From Solirubrobacterales bacterium (GTDB lineage Bacteria; Actinomycetota; Thermoleophilia; Solirubrobacterales; Solirubrobacteraceae): DNA of 56,941 nucleotides. Under the pieces are notes generated by a model that saw nothing but the letters and a program-made list of their open reading frames with translations, was not told the origin of the DNA and ran no database searches. A program made the translations under genes and the position numbers. The stretch lies in the NCBI GenBank assembly GCA_026392385.1, contig JAPLCG010000064.1, positions 1-56,941 of the forward strand, in the 5' to 3' direction. Positions 10,768-23,092 of the stretch are shown piece by piece (positions within the stretch are counted from its first letter, which is position 1; each line of letters begins with the position of its first letter).

Positions 10768-11301
10768 ATGTCAAGAATCGGAAGACAGCCAATCGAGATC
10801 CCATCTGGGGTTGAGGTAGACATCAAGCCTGAGCGGGTTACCGTCAAGGGCCCTAAGGGCGAGCTCAGCGAGCGCGTTCACCGCGACATTGATGTTGTCG
10901 AAGAGGGCTCAACGATCGTCGTTACGCGTCCGACTGACCGCGGCCAGCACAAGGCGCTTCACGGATTGACTCGCACACTCGTCGCGAACATGGTCATCGG
11001 TGTAACCGACGGTTTCGAGAAGAAGCTTGAGATCCAGGGTGTTGGTTATCGAGCCGCGCTCAAGGGCAAGAACCTTGAACTTGCGCTCGGCTATTCGCAC
11101 CCAGTTTCAGTTGGTGCCCCGGAGGGCATTGACTTTGAGGTACCGCAGCCAACGAGCATCATTATCCGCGGAGCAAGCAAGCAGGCGGTCGGTCAGATCG
11201 CTGCTGTTATCCGAAAGAAGCGTCCGCCAGAGCCCTACAAGGGCAAGGGCATTCGCTACGAAGGCGAACATGTCGTTCGCAAGGTTGGTAAGCGAGCATG
11301 A
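10768..11301 (+). CDS. rplF: 50S ribosomal protein L6
   Basis: [18 protein letters not shown]-terminus, 177 aa. Confidence 0.97.
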   Translation: MSRIGRQPIEIPSGVEVDIKPERVTVKGPKGELSERVHRDIDVVEEGSTIVVTRPTDRGQHKALHGLTRTLVANMVIGVTDGFEKKLEIQGVGYRAALKGKNLELALGYSHPVSVGAPEGIDFEVPQPTSIIIRGASKQAVGQIAAVIRKKRPPEPYKGKGIRYEGEHVVRKVGKRA

Positions 11302-11651
11302 GTGCTGTTGCAAAGCAGGCAGGACGACTTCGTCGCCGTCGTCGCGTTCGTGCGAAGGTGCACGGAACCGCCGAACGTCCACGGATCAGCGTTTTCCGCT
11401 CAAATCGTGGCATTAACGCTCAGCTGATTGATGATGACAGCGGCCATACAATCTGCGCTGTCAATTGGACTGAGGCTGAACTTCGTGACCTCAAGCCGCT
11501 TGAACAGGCTGACAAGGTCGGCAAGCTGCTGGCTGACCGGGCAACCAAGTCCGGCGTAACCTCTGCCGTGTTTGATCGCGGTGGCCACCTCTACCACGGC
11601 CGGGTAAAAGCCCTTGCCGAAGGAGCTCGTGAGGGCGGGCTCAGCTTCTGA
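11298..11651 (+). CDS. rplR: 50S ribosomal protein L18
   Basis: ATGA overlap with rpl[21 protein letters not shown] and [24 protein letters not shown]. Confidence 0.96.
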   Translation: MSAVAKQAGRLRRRRRVRAKVHGTAERPRISVFRSNRGINAQLIDDDSGHTICAVNWTEAELRDLKPLEQADKVGKLLADRATKSGVTSAVFDRGGHLYHGRVKALAEGAREGGLSF

Positions 11652-11670
11652 ACGCTACCCTCGGCATCCC

Positions 11671-12273
11671 ATGATTTCTTCAAGAACAGTTTCCTCCGCC
11701 GGACTTGACCTCGCTGAACGCGTTGTCGAGATCAACCGTGTCGCCAAGGTCGTCAAGGGCGGCCGCCGCTTCAGCTTCACGGCACTCGTTGTCGTTGGCG
11801 ACGAGCGCGAGGTCGTTGGCATCGGCTACGGCAAGGCAAACGAAGTGCCGATGGCAATCCAGAAGGGCATTGATCAGGCGAAGAAGAACCTGTTCCGCGT
11901 CCCACGCTACGGCGCGACAATTCCGCACCCGGTCACAGGCCGCTTCTGCTCAGGTTCAGTTCTGCTTAAGCCGGCTTCGCCTGGTACCGGTGTAATCGCC
12001 GGCGGTGGCGTTCGCGCGGTTCTCGAGCTTGCTGGCATTAGCGACATCCTTTCGAAGAGCCTTGGTTCACAGACTCCGATCAACCTCGTCAAGGCAACTA
12101 TGGAAGGGCTTCGCTCACTGCGGACGCCTGAAGAGGTCGCCGAGTTGCGAGGGATTTCAATTGCGAAGGTTCTGGGACTTGATCCGAACGCCAAGAAGCC
12201 GGAAGTGGCGACTGAAGCAGCTGATCAGGCAGCGCCTGAAGCTCCAGCGGAAGCTGTTGAGGCTGCGCAGTGA
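11671..12273 (+). CDS. rpsE: 30S ribosomal protein S5 with a short acidic C-terminal tail
   Basis: [19 protein letters not shown] motif. ATG at 11671 chosen; the track ORF at 11614 overlaps rplR. The last approximately 30 aa are rich in A, E and P. Confidence 0.94.
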   Translation: MISSRTVSSAGLDLAERVVEINRVAKVVKGGRRFSFTALVVVGDEREVVGIGYGKANEVPMAIQKGIDQAKKNLFRVPRYGATIPHPVTGRFCSGSVLLKPASPGTGVIAGGGVRAVLELAGISDILSKSLGSQTPINLVKATMEGLRSLRTPEEVAELRGISIAKVLGLDPNAKKPEVATEAADQAAPEAPAEAVEAAQ

Positions 12274-12449
12274 GCAAGCTCCTGATCAAGCAGGTGCGTT
12301 CAGCGAATGGCACCGATGCCCCACAGCGGGCAACCCTTGAATCGCTTGGTCTTAAGCGGATCGGCCAGCAGGTCGAGTACGAAGACACCCCGCAGCTGCG
12401 TGGAATGATTTACCGCGTTGCCCACCTGATCGAAGTAGGAGAAGCCTGA
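12270..12449 (+). CDS. rpmD: 50S ribosomal protein L30 (59 aa, below the ORF-track cutoff)
   Basis: Hand translation from the GTG at 12270 (GTGA overlap with rpsE) gives [59 protein letters not shown]. The stop overlaps the rplO ATG (TGATG). Canonical position. Confidence 0.9.
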   Translation: MSKLLIKQVRSANGTDAPQRATLESLGLKRIGQQVEYEDTPQLRGMIYRVAHLIEVGEA

Positions 12450-12961
12450 TGGCCGACGCCGTTGAGAAGACTGAATCTGAGGAGCGCATTGGCCTCCACA
12501 ACTTGAAGCCTGCCAAGGGTGCTCGCCGTCCGCGCAAGCGCGTTGGTCGTGGTGAAGGATCCGGGACAGGCAAGACTTCGGGTCGCGGCGAGAAGGGCTA
12601 CGGCGCCCGCTCAGGATCGAAGCAGCGCGATCGTTTCGAGGGTGGTCAGACACCAATTCACATGCGGATGCGCAAGTTGCGTGGACCGCACATGAAGAAG
12701 TCGATGCCGTTCGAGAAGTTCCGTACACACACTCAGCCGGTCAACCTTGCCGACCTTGAACAGCGCTTTGAGGCGGGAGCAGAGGTTACGCCAGACACAT
12801 TGCGCGCAGTCGGTCTTGCGACGCGCAAGGGCATTCCCGTCAAGATTCTTGGCAATGGGACGATCACCAAGGCCCTGACTGTCCGGGCGCATGGTTTCAG
12901 CGCGTCTGCGAAGGAGCAGATCACTGCAGCCGGCGGTACCGCCGAGCAGCTCGAAGGCTAG
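12449..12961 (+). CDS. rplO: 50S ribosomal protein L15
   Basis: RVGRGEGSGTGKTSGRGEKG motif, 170 aa. Confidence 0.96.
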   Translation: MADAVEKTESEERIGLHNLKPAKGARRPRKRVGRGEGSGTGKTSGRGEKGYGARSGSKQRDRFEGGQTPIHMRMRKLRGPHMKKSMPFEKFRTHTQPVNLADLEQRFEAGAEVTPDTLRAVGLATRKGIPVKILGNGTITKALTVRAHGFSASAKEQITAAGGTAEQLEG

Positions 12962-12985
12962 TTCCGCGCGGGAGGCTAGGGACGA

Positions 12986-14260
12986 ATGCTCAGCACAATT
13001 CTGAGGTCCTTTACGGTCCCGGATATCCGGAAGAAGCTGCTGTTCACCGCGGCGATCCTTGCTCTGTACAGACTTGGTTCGCACATCCCGGCACCAGGTA
13101 TCAATTCGCAGGCTGTTGATGCGATCCAAAAGAACTTCGCTGGTTCAAACATCCTCGGCTTCCTCAACCTCTTCTCAGGTGGAGGACTGCAGCGGATTGC
13201 GCTGTTTGCGCTCGGAATCATGCCTTACATCACTGCCTCAATTATCTTCCAGCTGCTTTCGGTAGTTATTCCTTCGCTTGAGAAGTTGTCGAAGGAAGGC
13301 GAGATTGGTCAGGCGAAGATCACGCAGTACACCCGCTACCTGACGGTAGTTCTGGCTTTCCTTCAGTCGATTGGTTATGTCTTCCTGTTCCGCTCATTCC
13401 AGAGCGAAGCTGGTCAGGAAGTAATTCGCGACTACTCGATCGAAACAGTCTTCATGATTGTCGTGTCGCTAACAGCAGGAACGGTCCTGCTGATGTGGAT
13501 GGGTGAGCTAGTAACGCAGCGCGGGATTGGCAACGGAATCTCACTGCTGATCTTTGCTTCGATCGTTTCAAGGCTGCCGCAGGGTATTCAGGCGTGGTGG
13601 ACGAGCCCAGACCCAATCTTCAAGGTAATGCTGCCGTTCTTTGCGGTTGCTGTGGTTGCTGCGGTTGTCTTTGTCCAAGAGGGGCAGAGACGAATACCAA
13701 TTCAATTTGCCAAGCGGATGGTTGGTAGCCGGATGACCGGTGGACAGCAGTCCTACCTGCCGCTGCGCGTCAACATGGCCGGCGTTATCCCAGTTATTTT
13801 CGCTGCCAGCATGATGGCCTTCCCACCTACGGTTGGTCAGTTGATCAATGCGCCATGGGCCAAGGACTTGGCGGCAACATTCAGTCCCGCCGGTACGCCT
13901 TATCTGATCGGCGAAACGATTCTGATCATTCTCTTCACCTACTTCTACACGGCCGTAACCTTCAACCCAGTTGATCAGGCTGACAACCTCAAGAAGTACG
14001 GAGGCTTCATCCCTGGCGTCCGGCCTGGTCGTCCAACGGCCGAATACCTCGACAGGATCCTTGCTCGGCTGACATTCCCGGGCGCACTGTTCCTTGCTGC
14101 CATCGCTGCGCTTCCGACGATTCTGATCAACCAGACCAGCACGAACATCTTCTTCGGTGGAACGTCGCTTCTGATCGTTGTTGGCGTTGCACTTGACACC
14201 GTCAAGCAACTCGAAGCTCAACTGATGATGCGAAGTTACGAAGGGTTCCTCAAGCTTTGA
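12986..14260 (+). CDS. secY: Preprotein translocase subunit SecY
   Basis: 424 aa with 10 hydrophobic helices. LALGIMPYITASIIFQLL and GGTSLLIVVGVALDT motifs. spc-operon position. Confidence 0.97.
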   Translation: MLSTILRSFTVPDIRKKLLFTAAILALYRLGSHIPAPGINSQAVDAIQKNFAGSNILGFLNLFSGGGLQRIALFALGIMPYITASIIFQLLSVVIPSLEKLSKEGEIGQAKITQYTRYLTVVLAFLQSIGYVFLFRSFQSEAGQEVIRDYSIETVFMIVVSLTAGTVLLMWMGELVTQRGIGNGISLLIFASIVSRLPQGIQAWWTSPDPIFKVMLPFFAVAVVAAVVFVQEGQRRIPIQFAKRMVGSRMTGGQQSYLPLRVNMAGVIPVIFAASMMAFPPTVGQLINAPWAKDLAATFSPAGTPYLIGETILIILFTYFYTAVTFNPVDQADNLKKYGGFIPGVRPGRPTAEYLDRILARLTFPGALFLAAIAALPTILINQTSTNIFFGGTSLLIVVGVALDTVKQLEAQLMMRSYEGFLKL

Positions 14261-14934
14261 GCACTCAGCTGAACCTGATTCTGCTTGGGCCCCCAGGTGC
14301 CGGTAAGGGCACTCAGGCAGCGAGGTTGGTTGAAGACTTCAACCTGCCTTGGGTTTCGACTGGAGACATGCTGCGCGCCGCGGTGACCGAAGGAAGCGAA
14401 CTCGGGATCAAGGCAAAGGAGTACATGGATGCTGGCAACCTTGTCCCAGACGACCTGATCGTTGCACTGATCGTCGAACGGATTGGTGAGCCCGACTGCT
14501 CCGATGGCTTCCTACTCGATGGCTACCCACGAACTATCCCTCAGGCCGATGCGCTTGAGCAGGCGTTGAGAGGCCTTGATCGCTCGGTTGCCGCCACGCT
14601 GCTCGTTGAACTTGACGATGAAGAGGTCGTTCGCCGCCTGTCAGGCCGGCGCATGTGTGTAAAGGGCGGTCACGGCTACCACCTCGAGTTCGACCCACCA
14701 AAGCATGAAGGGATCTGCGATCAGGATGGCTCACGTCTGATTCAGCGTGACGATGATGTTCCTGAAGTGATTCGGCGGCGGTTAGCTGTCTACCACGAGC
14801 AGACTGAGCCGCTTGCCGCCTATTACGAGGATCGCGGCATGCTCAAACGCTTTGATGGCAGCCGCACCCAGACCGAGGTTCACGACCATATTCGCGCTGC
14901 GCTCGCCACGCTTCGGCTTGAGGATTCCGTTTGA
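14257..14934 (+). CDS. adk: Adenylate kinase
   Basis: TTG start overlapping the secY stop (TTGA). GPPGAGKGTQ P-loop and a lid segment with C..H...C..D. Confidence 0.95.
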   Translation: MSTQLNLILLGPPGAGKGTQAARLVEDFNLPWVSTGDMLRAAVTEGSELGIKAKEYMDAGNLVPDDLIVALIVERIGEPDCSDGFLLDGYPRTIPQADALEQALRGLDRSVAATLLVELDDEEVVRRLSGRRMCVKGGHGYHLEFDPPKHEGICDQDGSRLIQRDDDVPEVIRRRLAVYHEQTEPLAAYYEDRGMLKRFDGSRTQTEVHDHIRAALATLRLEDSV

Positions 14935-15713
14935 TCATCCGCAAGACCGAGGCTGAGGTCGACAAGATGGCTGCAGCTGGAGCGATCCTCGTCAGGACAC
15001 TCGAGATGATTAGCAAGAAGGTCCGCCCGGGTGTTACGACCGCCGAGCTCGATGAAGCAGCGGAGAAGTTCATTCGTTCACAGGGCGCGATTCCGACTTT
15101 CAAGGGTTACCGGGGCTTCCCGGCGACGATCTGCGCATCGCCAAACTCGATGATCGTGCACGGCATTCCTGGCCCTACCGTGCTGCGGCGCGGCGACATC
15201 ATTTCCGTTGATGTTGGTGTGACACTCGACGGTTGGGTTGCAGATGCTGCCCGCACCTTCCCTGTCGGAGCGATCAGCGACGAAGCGCAGGCGCTTCTGG
15301 TTACAACTGAGGCAGCACTTAAGGCTGGCGCAGCTGAAGCGAAGCCTGGCGCCCGAATCGGCGACGTTTCAAATGCGATCCAATCGCGTGTTGAGGCCGA
15401 TGGAATGAGCGTCGTGCACTCGTTGGTCGGACACGGCGTTGGCCGTGAGATGCACGAACCGCCAGAGGTGGCAAATCAGGGTGAGGCTGGGACTGGGATT
15501 GTGCTCGAGGAGGGCACCGTAATCGCAATTGAACCGATGGTTGCGATCGGTGGGCCGGATGTAACGCTTGACGACGATGGCTGGTCGGTCTATACCGCTG
15601 ATCGGTCGTTGGCCGCACACTTTGAGTTCACTGTGGCAGTAACCGCAGCCGGTCCGAGGATTCTTACGCCATGGCATGAATCCAAGGAATCCGGCGATTT
15701 GGACGGTTCTTGA
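14931..15713 (+). CDS. map: Type I methionine aminopeptidase
   Basis: TTG start overlapping the adk stop (TTGA). DVGVTLDGWVADAA, HSLVGHGVG and IEP metal-ligand motifs. Confidence 0.95.
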   Translation: MIIRKTEAEVDKMAAAGAILVRTLEMISKKVRPGVTTAELDEAAEKFIRSQGAIPTFKGYRGFPATICASPNSMIVHGIPGPTVLRRGDIISVDVGVTLDGWVADAARTFPVGAISDEAQALLVTTEAALKAGAAEAKPGARIGDVSNAIQSRVEADGMSVVHSLVGHGVGREMHEPPEVANQGEAGTGIVLEEGTVIAIEPMVAIGGPDVTLDDDGWSVYTADRSLAAHFEFTVAVTAAGPRILTPWHESKESGDLDGS

Positions 15714-15867
15714 TGAGCGCTTGTTGCCCCGCAGGCTCCCGGCCGCGGACTTTTGGTAGTGTCAAGCGTCGCGCCGCAGTGCGGTGCTGTCCTGTGTGCG
15801 CCAAGCTCGGCTGCACAAGGGGTAGCGCTCCTGCGGACTCTGCCCGCCAACAGCGAGAGATTGAAAC

Positions 15868-15981
15868 ATGAAGGTCCGACCGTCGGTAAAACCAATGTGT
15901 GAGAAGTGCAAGGTCATCCGACGCCGTCGTCGCGTACTCGTGATTTGCTCAAACCCCCGTCACAAGCAGCGTCAGGGTTAA
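15868..15981 (+). CDS. rpmJ: 50S ribosomal protein L36 (37 aa, below the ORF-track cutoff)
   Basis: Hand translation gives [37 protein letters not shown], a zinc-ribbon CxxC...C....H form. It ends 1 nt before rpsM. Confidence 0.93.
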   Translation: MKVRPSVKPMCEKCKVIRRRRRVLVICSNPRHKQRQG

Positions 15982-15982
15982 C

Positions 15983-16363
15983 GTGGCACGTATCGCAGGC
16001 GTAAACCTTCCGCTTAACAAGCGTGCCGAAATCGGCCTTACCTACATCTTCGGGATCGGCCGTACCACTGCCGGTCAGCTCTGTGAGAAGGCTGGTGTTT
16101 CACCAGACACTTACATCCGTGACCTGACCGACGAAGAGGCCGGCAAGCTGCGTGATCTCGTTGATCAGGAGATCGTTGAAGGTGATCTCCGTCGCGAACG
16201 CTCACAGAACATCAAGCGACTTATGGAGATTGGCTGCTACCGAGGACTCCGTCATCGTCGTGGACTTCCGGTTAGAGGACAGAAGACAAAAACTAATGCC
16301 CGCACGCGGAAGGGCCCTAAGCGCCTCCAGGTTGCCGGTAAGAAGAAGGCAGGCAAGACCTGA
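15983..16363 (+). CDS. rpsM: 30S ribosomal protein S13
   Basis: GTG start, [15 protein letters not shown]-terminus, 126 aa. Confidence 0.97.
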   Translation: MARIAGVNLPLNKRAEIGLTYIFGIGRTTAGQLCEKAGVSPDTYIRDLTDEEAGKLRDLVDQEIVEGDLRRERSQNIKRLMEIGCYRGLRHRRGLPVRGQKTKTNARTRKGPKRLQVAGKKKAGKT

Positions 16364-16758
16364 TGGGTGCAACTAAGCGACCAGCTCGCGGCCGCCGTAA
16401 GGTCCGCAAGAACATTCCAGTGGGCCAGGCTCACATCAAAACTTCATTCAACAACACGATTGTCTCGCTTACAGACCGCGACGGCAATGTGATCGCATGG
16501 GAATCTGCCGGTGGAGCAGGATTCAAGGGCTCGCGCAAGAGCACACCATTCGCTGCACAGGTAACGGCTGACGCCGCCGCCCGTAAGGGTGTTGAGCACG
16601 GCCTCCAGAAGGTCGAAGTCTTCGTTAAGGGTTCAGGCTCAGGTCGCGAAACAGCAATCCGTTCGCTTCAGGCTGCTGGACTCGAAGTAACAAGTGTCAG
16701 GGATGTAACCCCTCAGGCCCATAACGGCTGCCGTCCACGCAAGCGGCGGAGGGTCTAA
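16363..16758 (+). CDS. rpsK: 30S ribosomal protein S11
   Basis: TGATG overlap with rps[17 protein letters not shown] and [14 protein letters not shown]. Confidence 0.97.
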   Translation: MGATKRPARGRRKVRKNIPVGQAHIKTSFNNTIVSLTDRDGNVIAWESAGGAGFKGSRKSTPFAAQVTADAAARKGVEHGLQKVEVFVKGSGSGRETAIRSLQAAGLEVTSVRDVTPQAHNGCRPRKRRRV

Positions 16759-16760
16759 CA

Positions 16761-17381
16761 ATGGCTGTCAATCACGCACCCGCATGCAAGCAGTGCCGCC
16801 GCGAAGGCCAGAAGCTTTTCCTCAAGGGAGAACGCTGTCTGACTGCCAAGTGCGCAATCGATCGTCGCAACTATCCGCCAGGTGATCACGGCCGTGGTCG
16901 CCAGAAGCAGAGCGAGTACCGCGTTCAGCTGCGCGAGAAGCAGAAGGCACGCCGTTACTACGGTGTACTTGAGCGTCAGTTCCGCGTTTACTACGAAAAG
17001 GCAAGCCGCCAGAACGGAATCACGGGCGAGAATCTCCTGCGCCTGCTCGAATGCCGCTTTGACAGCGTGCTCGTGCGTCTCGGCTTCGCGGCTTCGCGTC
17101 GTCAGGCCCGCCAGCTCGTCCGTCACGGACACTGGACAATCAACGGCAAGCGCGTAGACATCCCATCTTTCCAGGTCAAGCCGGGCGACGTGATCGCTGC
17201 TTCCGCTGGTTCCTCAGCGGCGCAGGTGATTCAGGACGCAACCGAATTGACCGGCCAGGTTCCAGCCTGGTTGCAGGCAGACCATGACGCACTTGCGGCG
17301 AAGGTGCTGCGACTCCCCGAGCGGGTTGAGATATCCGCACCGGTGGAGGAGCAGCTGATCGTCGAGCTGTACTCGAAGTAG
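16761..17381 (+). CDS. rpsD: 30S ribosomal protein S4
   Basis: CKQCRREGQKLFLKGERCLTAKC zinc-finger-like N-terminus and an S4 RNA-binding domain. 206 aa. Confidence 0.96.
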   Translation: MAVNHAPACKQCRREGQKLFLKGERCLTAKCAIDRRNYPPGDHGRGRQKQSEYRVQLREKQKARRYYGVLERQFRVYYEKASRQNGITGENLLRLLECRFDSVLVRLGFAASRRQARQLVRHGHWTINGKRVDIPSFQVKPGDVIAASAGSSAAQVIQDATELTGQVPAWLQADHDALAAKVLRLPERVEISAPVEEQLIVELYSK

Positions 17382-17462
17382 CAATCAGCCGCGCCCGTTA
17401 GGGCCGGTGAGCACTGGTCGCCCGCGGGCGACCATCAACGAACCAACGACAACAGGATCCCG

Positions 17463-18458
17463 ATGCTCGACTTCCAGATCCCCCGGATCAGCAGTGAAAC
17501 CGTAGACAACAACCGTGGCTCGTTCACGATCGAACCGCTTGACCGTGGTTTCGGCTACACGTTCGGCAACTCGCTTCGGCGAGTTCTACTCAGCTCTCTG
17601 GCCGGCGCAGCCGTAACCAGCGTGCGTATTGAGGGCGTGCAGCATGAGTTCTCAACCGTGAATGGCGTCAAGGAGGATGTCACCGACATCATCCTCAACC
17701 TCAAGGGTCTCGTCTGCCGTATGGCTGACTCAAATGAGGTTGAAGCACCGTTGGTCGTTACCGGCCCAGGCGTTATTAAGGCGAAGGACATCGACCTGCC
17801 AACAGGCGTCGAAATCCTCAACCCGAACGCTCATATCGCAACGATTGAGAGCAAGGCCAAGTTGGAGATTTACCTGACGATCGGAAGCGGCCGTGGCTAC
17901 CGTCCGGCAGATGAGAATGCTTCTGAGGATCAGCCAATTGGCGTAATTCCAATTGACTCAATCTTCTCGCCTGTAAGGCGCGTCGCCTACGAGGTTGAGC
18001 AGGCCCGTATCGGTCAGCGCACCGACTATGACCGTCTGATGCTCGACATCGAGACCGATGGTTCAATTGAGCCAACTGCGGCATTGCGTGAAGCAGCCGA
18101 GATCCTGATTGAGCAGCTTGCGATCTTCACTGACATCGAGCGCGTTGCTGAGCTCCGTGAGGCAATGACCGCTGGTGTTCTCGGTCAGGTAACTGCTGAT
18201 GCCGCTGCTGCTGCGGTTCCGGCTGCGACGGCAACTGCTCCACGCACCGCAAATGGGATGGATGACATCCTGATTGAGGAGCTTGAGCTTGGCGTCCGCT
18301 CCTACAACTGCCTCAAGCGTGCCGGCGTTCAAACTGTCGGTGAGCTCGTTGGCAAGTCCGAGAGCGAACTTGGTGCGATCCCTAACTTCGGCGGCAAGTC
18401 GATTGACGAGGTCATTGAGACCCTCGCCGCTCGTGGCCTGAGCCTTAGAGACGACTGA
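17463..18458 (+). CDS. rpoA: DNA-directed RNA polymerase alpha subunit
   Basis: GFGYTFGNSLRRVLLSSL N-terminal-domain motif. ELELGVRSYNCLKRAGVQTVGEL in the C-terminal domain. Confidence 0.97.
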   Translation: MLDFQIPRISSETVDNNRGSFTIEPLDRGFGYTFGNSLRRVLLSSLAGAAVTSVRIEGVQHEFSTVNGVKEDVTDIILNLKGLVCRMADSNEVEAPLVVTGPGVIKAKDIDLPTGVEILNPNAHIATIESKAKLEIYLTIGSGRGYRPADENASEDQPIGVIPIDSIFSPVRRVAYEVEQARIGQRTDYDRLMLDIETDGSIEPTAALREAAEILIEQLAIFTDIERVAELREAMTAGVLGQVTADAAAAAVPAATATAPRTANGMDDILIEELELGVRSYNCLKRAGVQTVGELVGKSESELGAIPNFGGKSIDEVIETLAARGLSLRDD

Positions 18459-18477
18459 GTAGCGGAGCAGCGACGCG

Positions 18478-18810
18478 ATGCGCCATCAGAAGACAGCCTC
18501 GCATCGCAAGGCGCTACTGAGGAATCTCTGCAAAGAGATGATCGATCACGAGCGGATCAAGACCTCTGAGGCGAAGGCTAAGGCAGTAAAGCCCGAGATT
18601 GAGAAGCTTGTGACTTTGGCGCGTAAGGGTGACCTTCACGCTCGCCGTCAGGCACTTAGCGCACTCGGTCAAGATCGCTTTGCCGTCTACAAGCTCTTCG
18701 AAGAGATCGCTCCGCGTTATGCCGAGCGTCCCGGCGGTTACACACGCATCATGAAGCTTGGGCCGCGTCGGTCGGATTCGACCGAAATGGTCCTGCTCGA
18801 GTTCGTCTGA
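18478..18810 (+). CDS. rplQ: 50S ribosomal protein L17
   Basis: MRHQK...[10 protein letters not shown] and [15 protein letters not shown] motifs, 110 aa. Confidence 0.95.
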   Translation: MRHQKTASHRKALLRNLCKEMIDHERIKTSEAKAKAVKPEIEKLVTLARKGDLHARRQALSALGQDRFAVYKLFEEIAPRYAERPGGYTRIMKLGPRRSDSTEMVLLEFV

Positions 18811-18815
18811 GTCCT

Positions 18816-19574
18816 GTGGCCGCTGGTCGGCCAGCTGGGCCGGCAGCACGGCTGACGGTTGCTTATGAGGGGACGGGCTTTGTTGGCTGGGCGCGCCAGC
18901 CTGGACTGCGATCGGTCGAAGGCGAGCTGAGGCGCGCACTAGAGACAGTTAGACGCGAGCCGACACCACTCACGGTCGCCGGCCGCACCGATGCCGGTGT
19001 TCATGCTGTCGCCCAGGTAGTAAGTCACCAGGGTGAGCCTGCGAACCCTCGCGCCATAAATGCCCTGCTGCCGGCTGACATGGCTGTAACGGCAAGTGAT
19101 TCGATGCCAGCGGGCTTTGACGCTCGCAACGATGCGACAAGCCGTGCCTACCGCTATCGGCTTGAGACTTCTCAGATCCGACCGGTCGAAGGCCGCAAGT
19201 CCGAACTCTGGTGGCCACGAACATTCGATCGTCAACTGCTAACCGCATACGCTGAACAACTCGTTGGGCGCCCGGACATGACCGCGTTCACGCCAACGAA
19301 TGGGCGCCATGTTCACTTTAAGCGCAGAGTGACCCACTCTGAATGGCACTGGACTGGCAGCCGTGGTGACTTCATGATTGAGGCCGATGCCTTCCTTCAT
19401 CAGATGATTCGAATTCTTGTCGGAACAATGCTCGACTTCGCTACCGCTGGTAAATCACCGGAGGAGTTCGCCCAGCTGCTCTCCGGGAGACCTCGCGCTG
19501 AGGCTGGCCGAACGGCGCCGGTACATGGGTTGACGCTGATCGGCGTCGGCTACGGCAACTCAGTGCTCGACTGA
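18816..19574 (+). CDS. truA: tRNA pseudouridine(38-40) synthase TruA
   Basis: GTG start. VAYEGTGFVGWARQPG and AGRTDAGVHA catalytic-Asp motif. Usual position after rplQ. Confidence 0.92.
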   Translation: MAAGRPAGPAARLTVAYEGTGFVGWARQPGLRSVEGELRRALETVRREPTPLTVAGRTDAGVHAVAQVVSHQGEPANPRAINALLPADMAVTASDSMPAGFDARNDATSRAYRYRLETSQIRPVEGRKSELWWPRTFDRQLLTAYAEQLVGRPDMTAFTPTNGRHVHFKRRVTHSEWHWTGSRGDFMIEADAFLHQMIRILVGTMLDFATAGKSPEEFAQLLSGRPRAEAGRTAPVHGLTLIGVGYGNSVLD

Positions 19575-19609
19575 GCTTTGGCGGTGCTAGCCACCGTCAC
19601 CCGTAGCCT

Positions 19610-20227
19610 GTGAAAATGGACTGGGGAGACGACGCCTTTCTCGCAATCGACTTCGAGACTGCTGCCAACTTCCGTGAGTCAGCTTGCGCCGTAGGAGTGG
19701 CGCTCTATTCGGCGGGTCAGCTGATTGAGAGTCGGGCAACGCTGATCAACCCACAGCTCGATTCAAGTGAATGGAATCCGTTCAATACGCGGATCCATGG
19801 GATCTCCCATGGTGATGTTGCCGATGCTCCGAGCTTTGAGCAGGTTTGGAATGACCTCCAGGCTAGGTATGACGGTGTCCCGCTCGTAGCCCACAACGCG
19901 GCCTTCGATATGGGCGTTATCCGTGGCTCGCTCGCGCAGATTAATTTTCCGCTCGAGGAGCCGGTTCGCTATACATGCTCGGTCAGTCTCGCCCGTGCAA
20001 CATGGCCAGATATGCCGAGTGTTTCGCTGCCAATAATCTCGGAGCGGCTCGGCATCGAACTTAATCATCACGAGGCTGAATCAGATGCTCGGGCATGCGG
20101 AGGAATTGTCGTTGCTGCAGTTGAACAGCTTGGCGTTGAGCATCTCGATCAGGCGTTGAGTCAGTTGGGGCGCGGGTGGGGTGAGATCAGTCCAGATCTC
20201 TCGTTGAGTCACCGAGCCCGCGACTAG
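19610..20227 (+). CDS. DEDDh 3'-5' exonuclease (DnaQ/epsilon-like domain protein)
   Basis: FLAIDFETA (Exo I), VAHNAAFDMGV (Exo II) and HHEAESDARA (Exo III, H-x4-D). The start could be the GTG at 19610 or the ATG at 19616. Confidence 0.85.
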   Translation: MKMDWGDDAFLAIDFETAANFRESACAVGVALYSAGQLIESRATLINPQLDSSEWNPFNTRIHGISHGDVADAPSFEQVWNDLQARYDGVPLVAHNAAFDMGVIRGSLAQINFPLEEPVRYTCSVSLARATWPDMPSVSLPIISERLGIELNHHEAESDARACGGIVVAAVEQLGVEHLDQALSQLGRGWGEISPDLSLSHRARD

Positions 20228-20232
20228 GATGG

Positions 20233-23081
<2,849 letters not shown>

Positions 23082-23092
23082 TTGTTGCCGAG

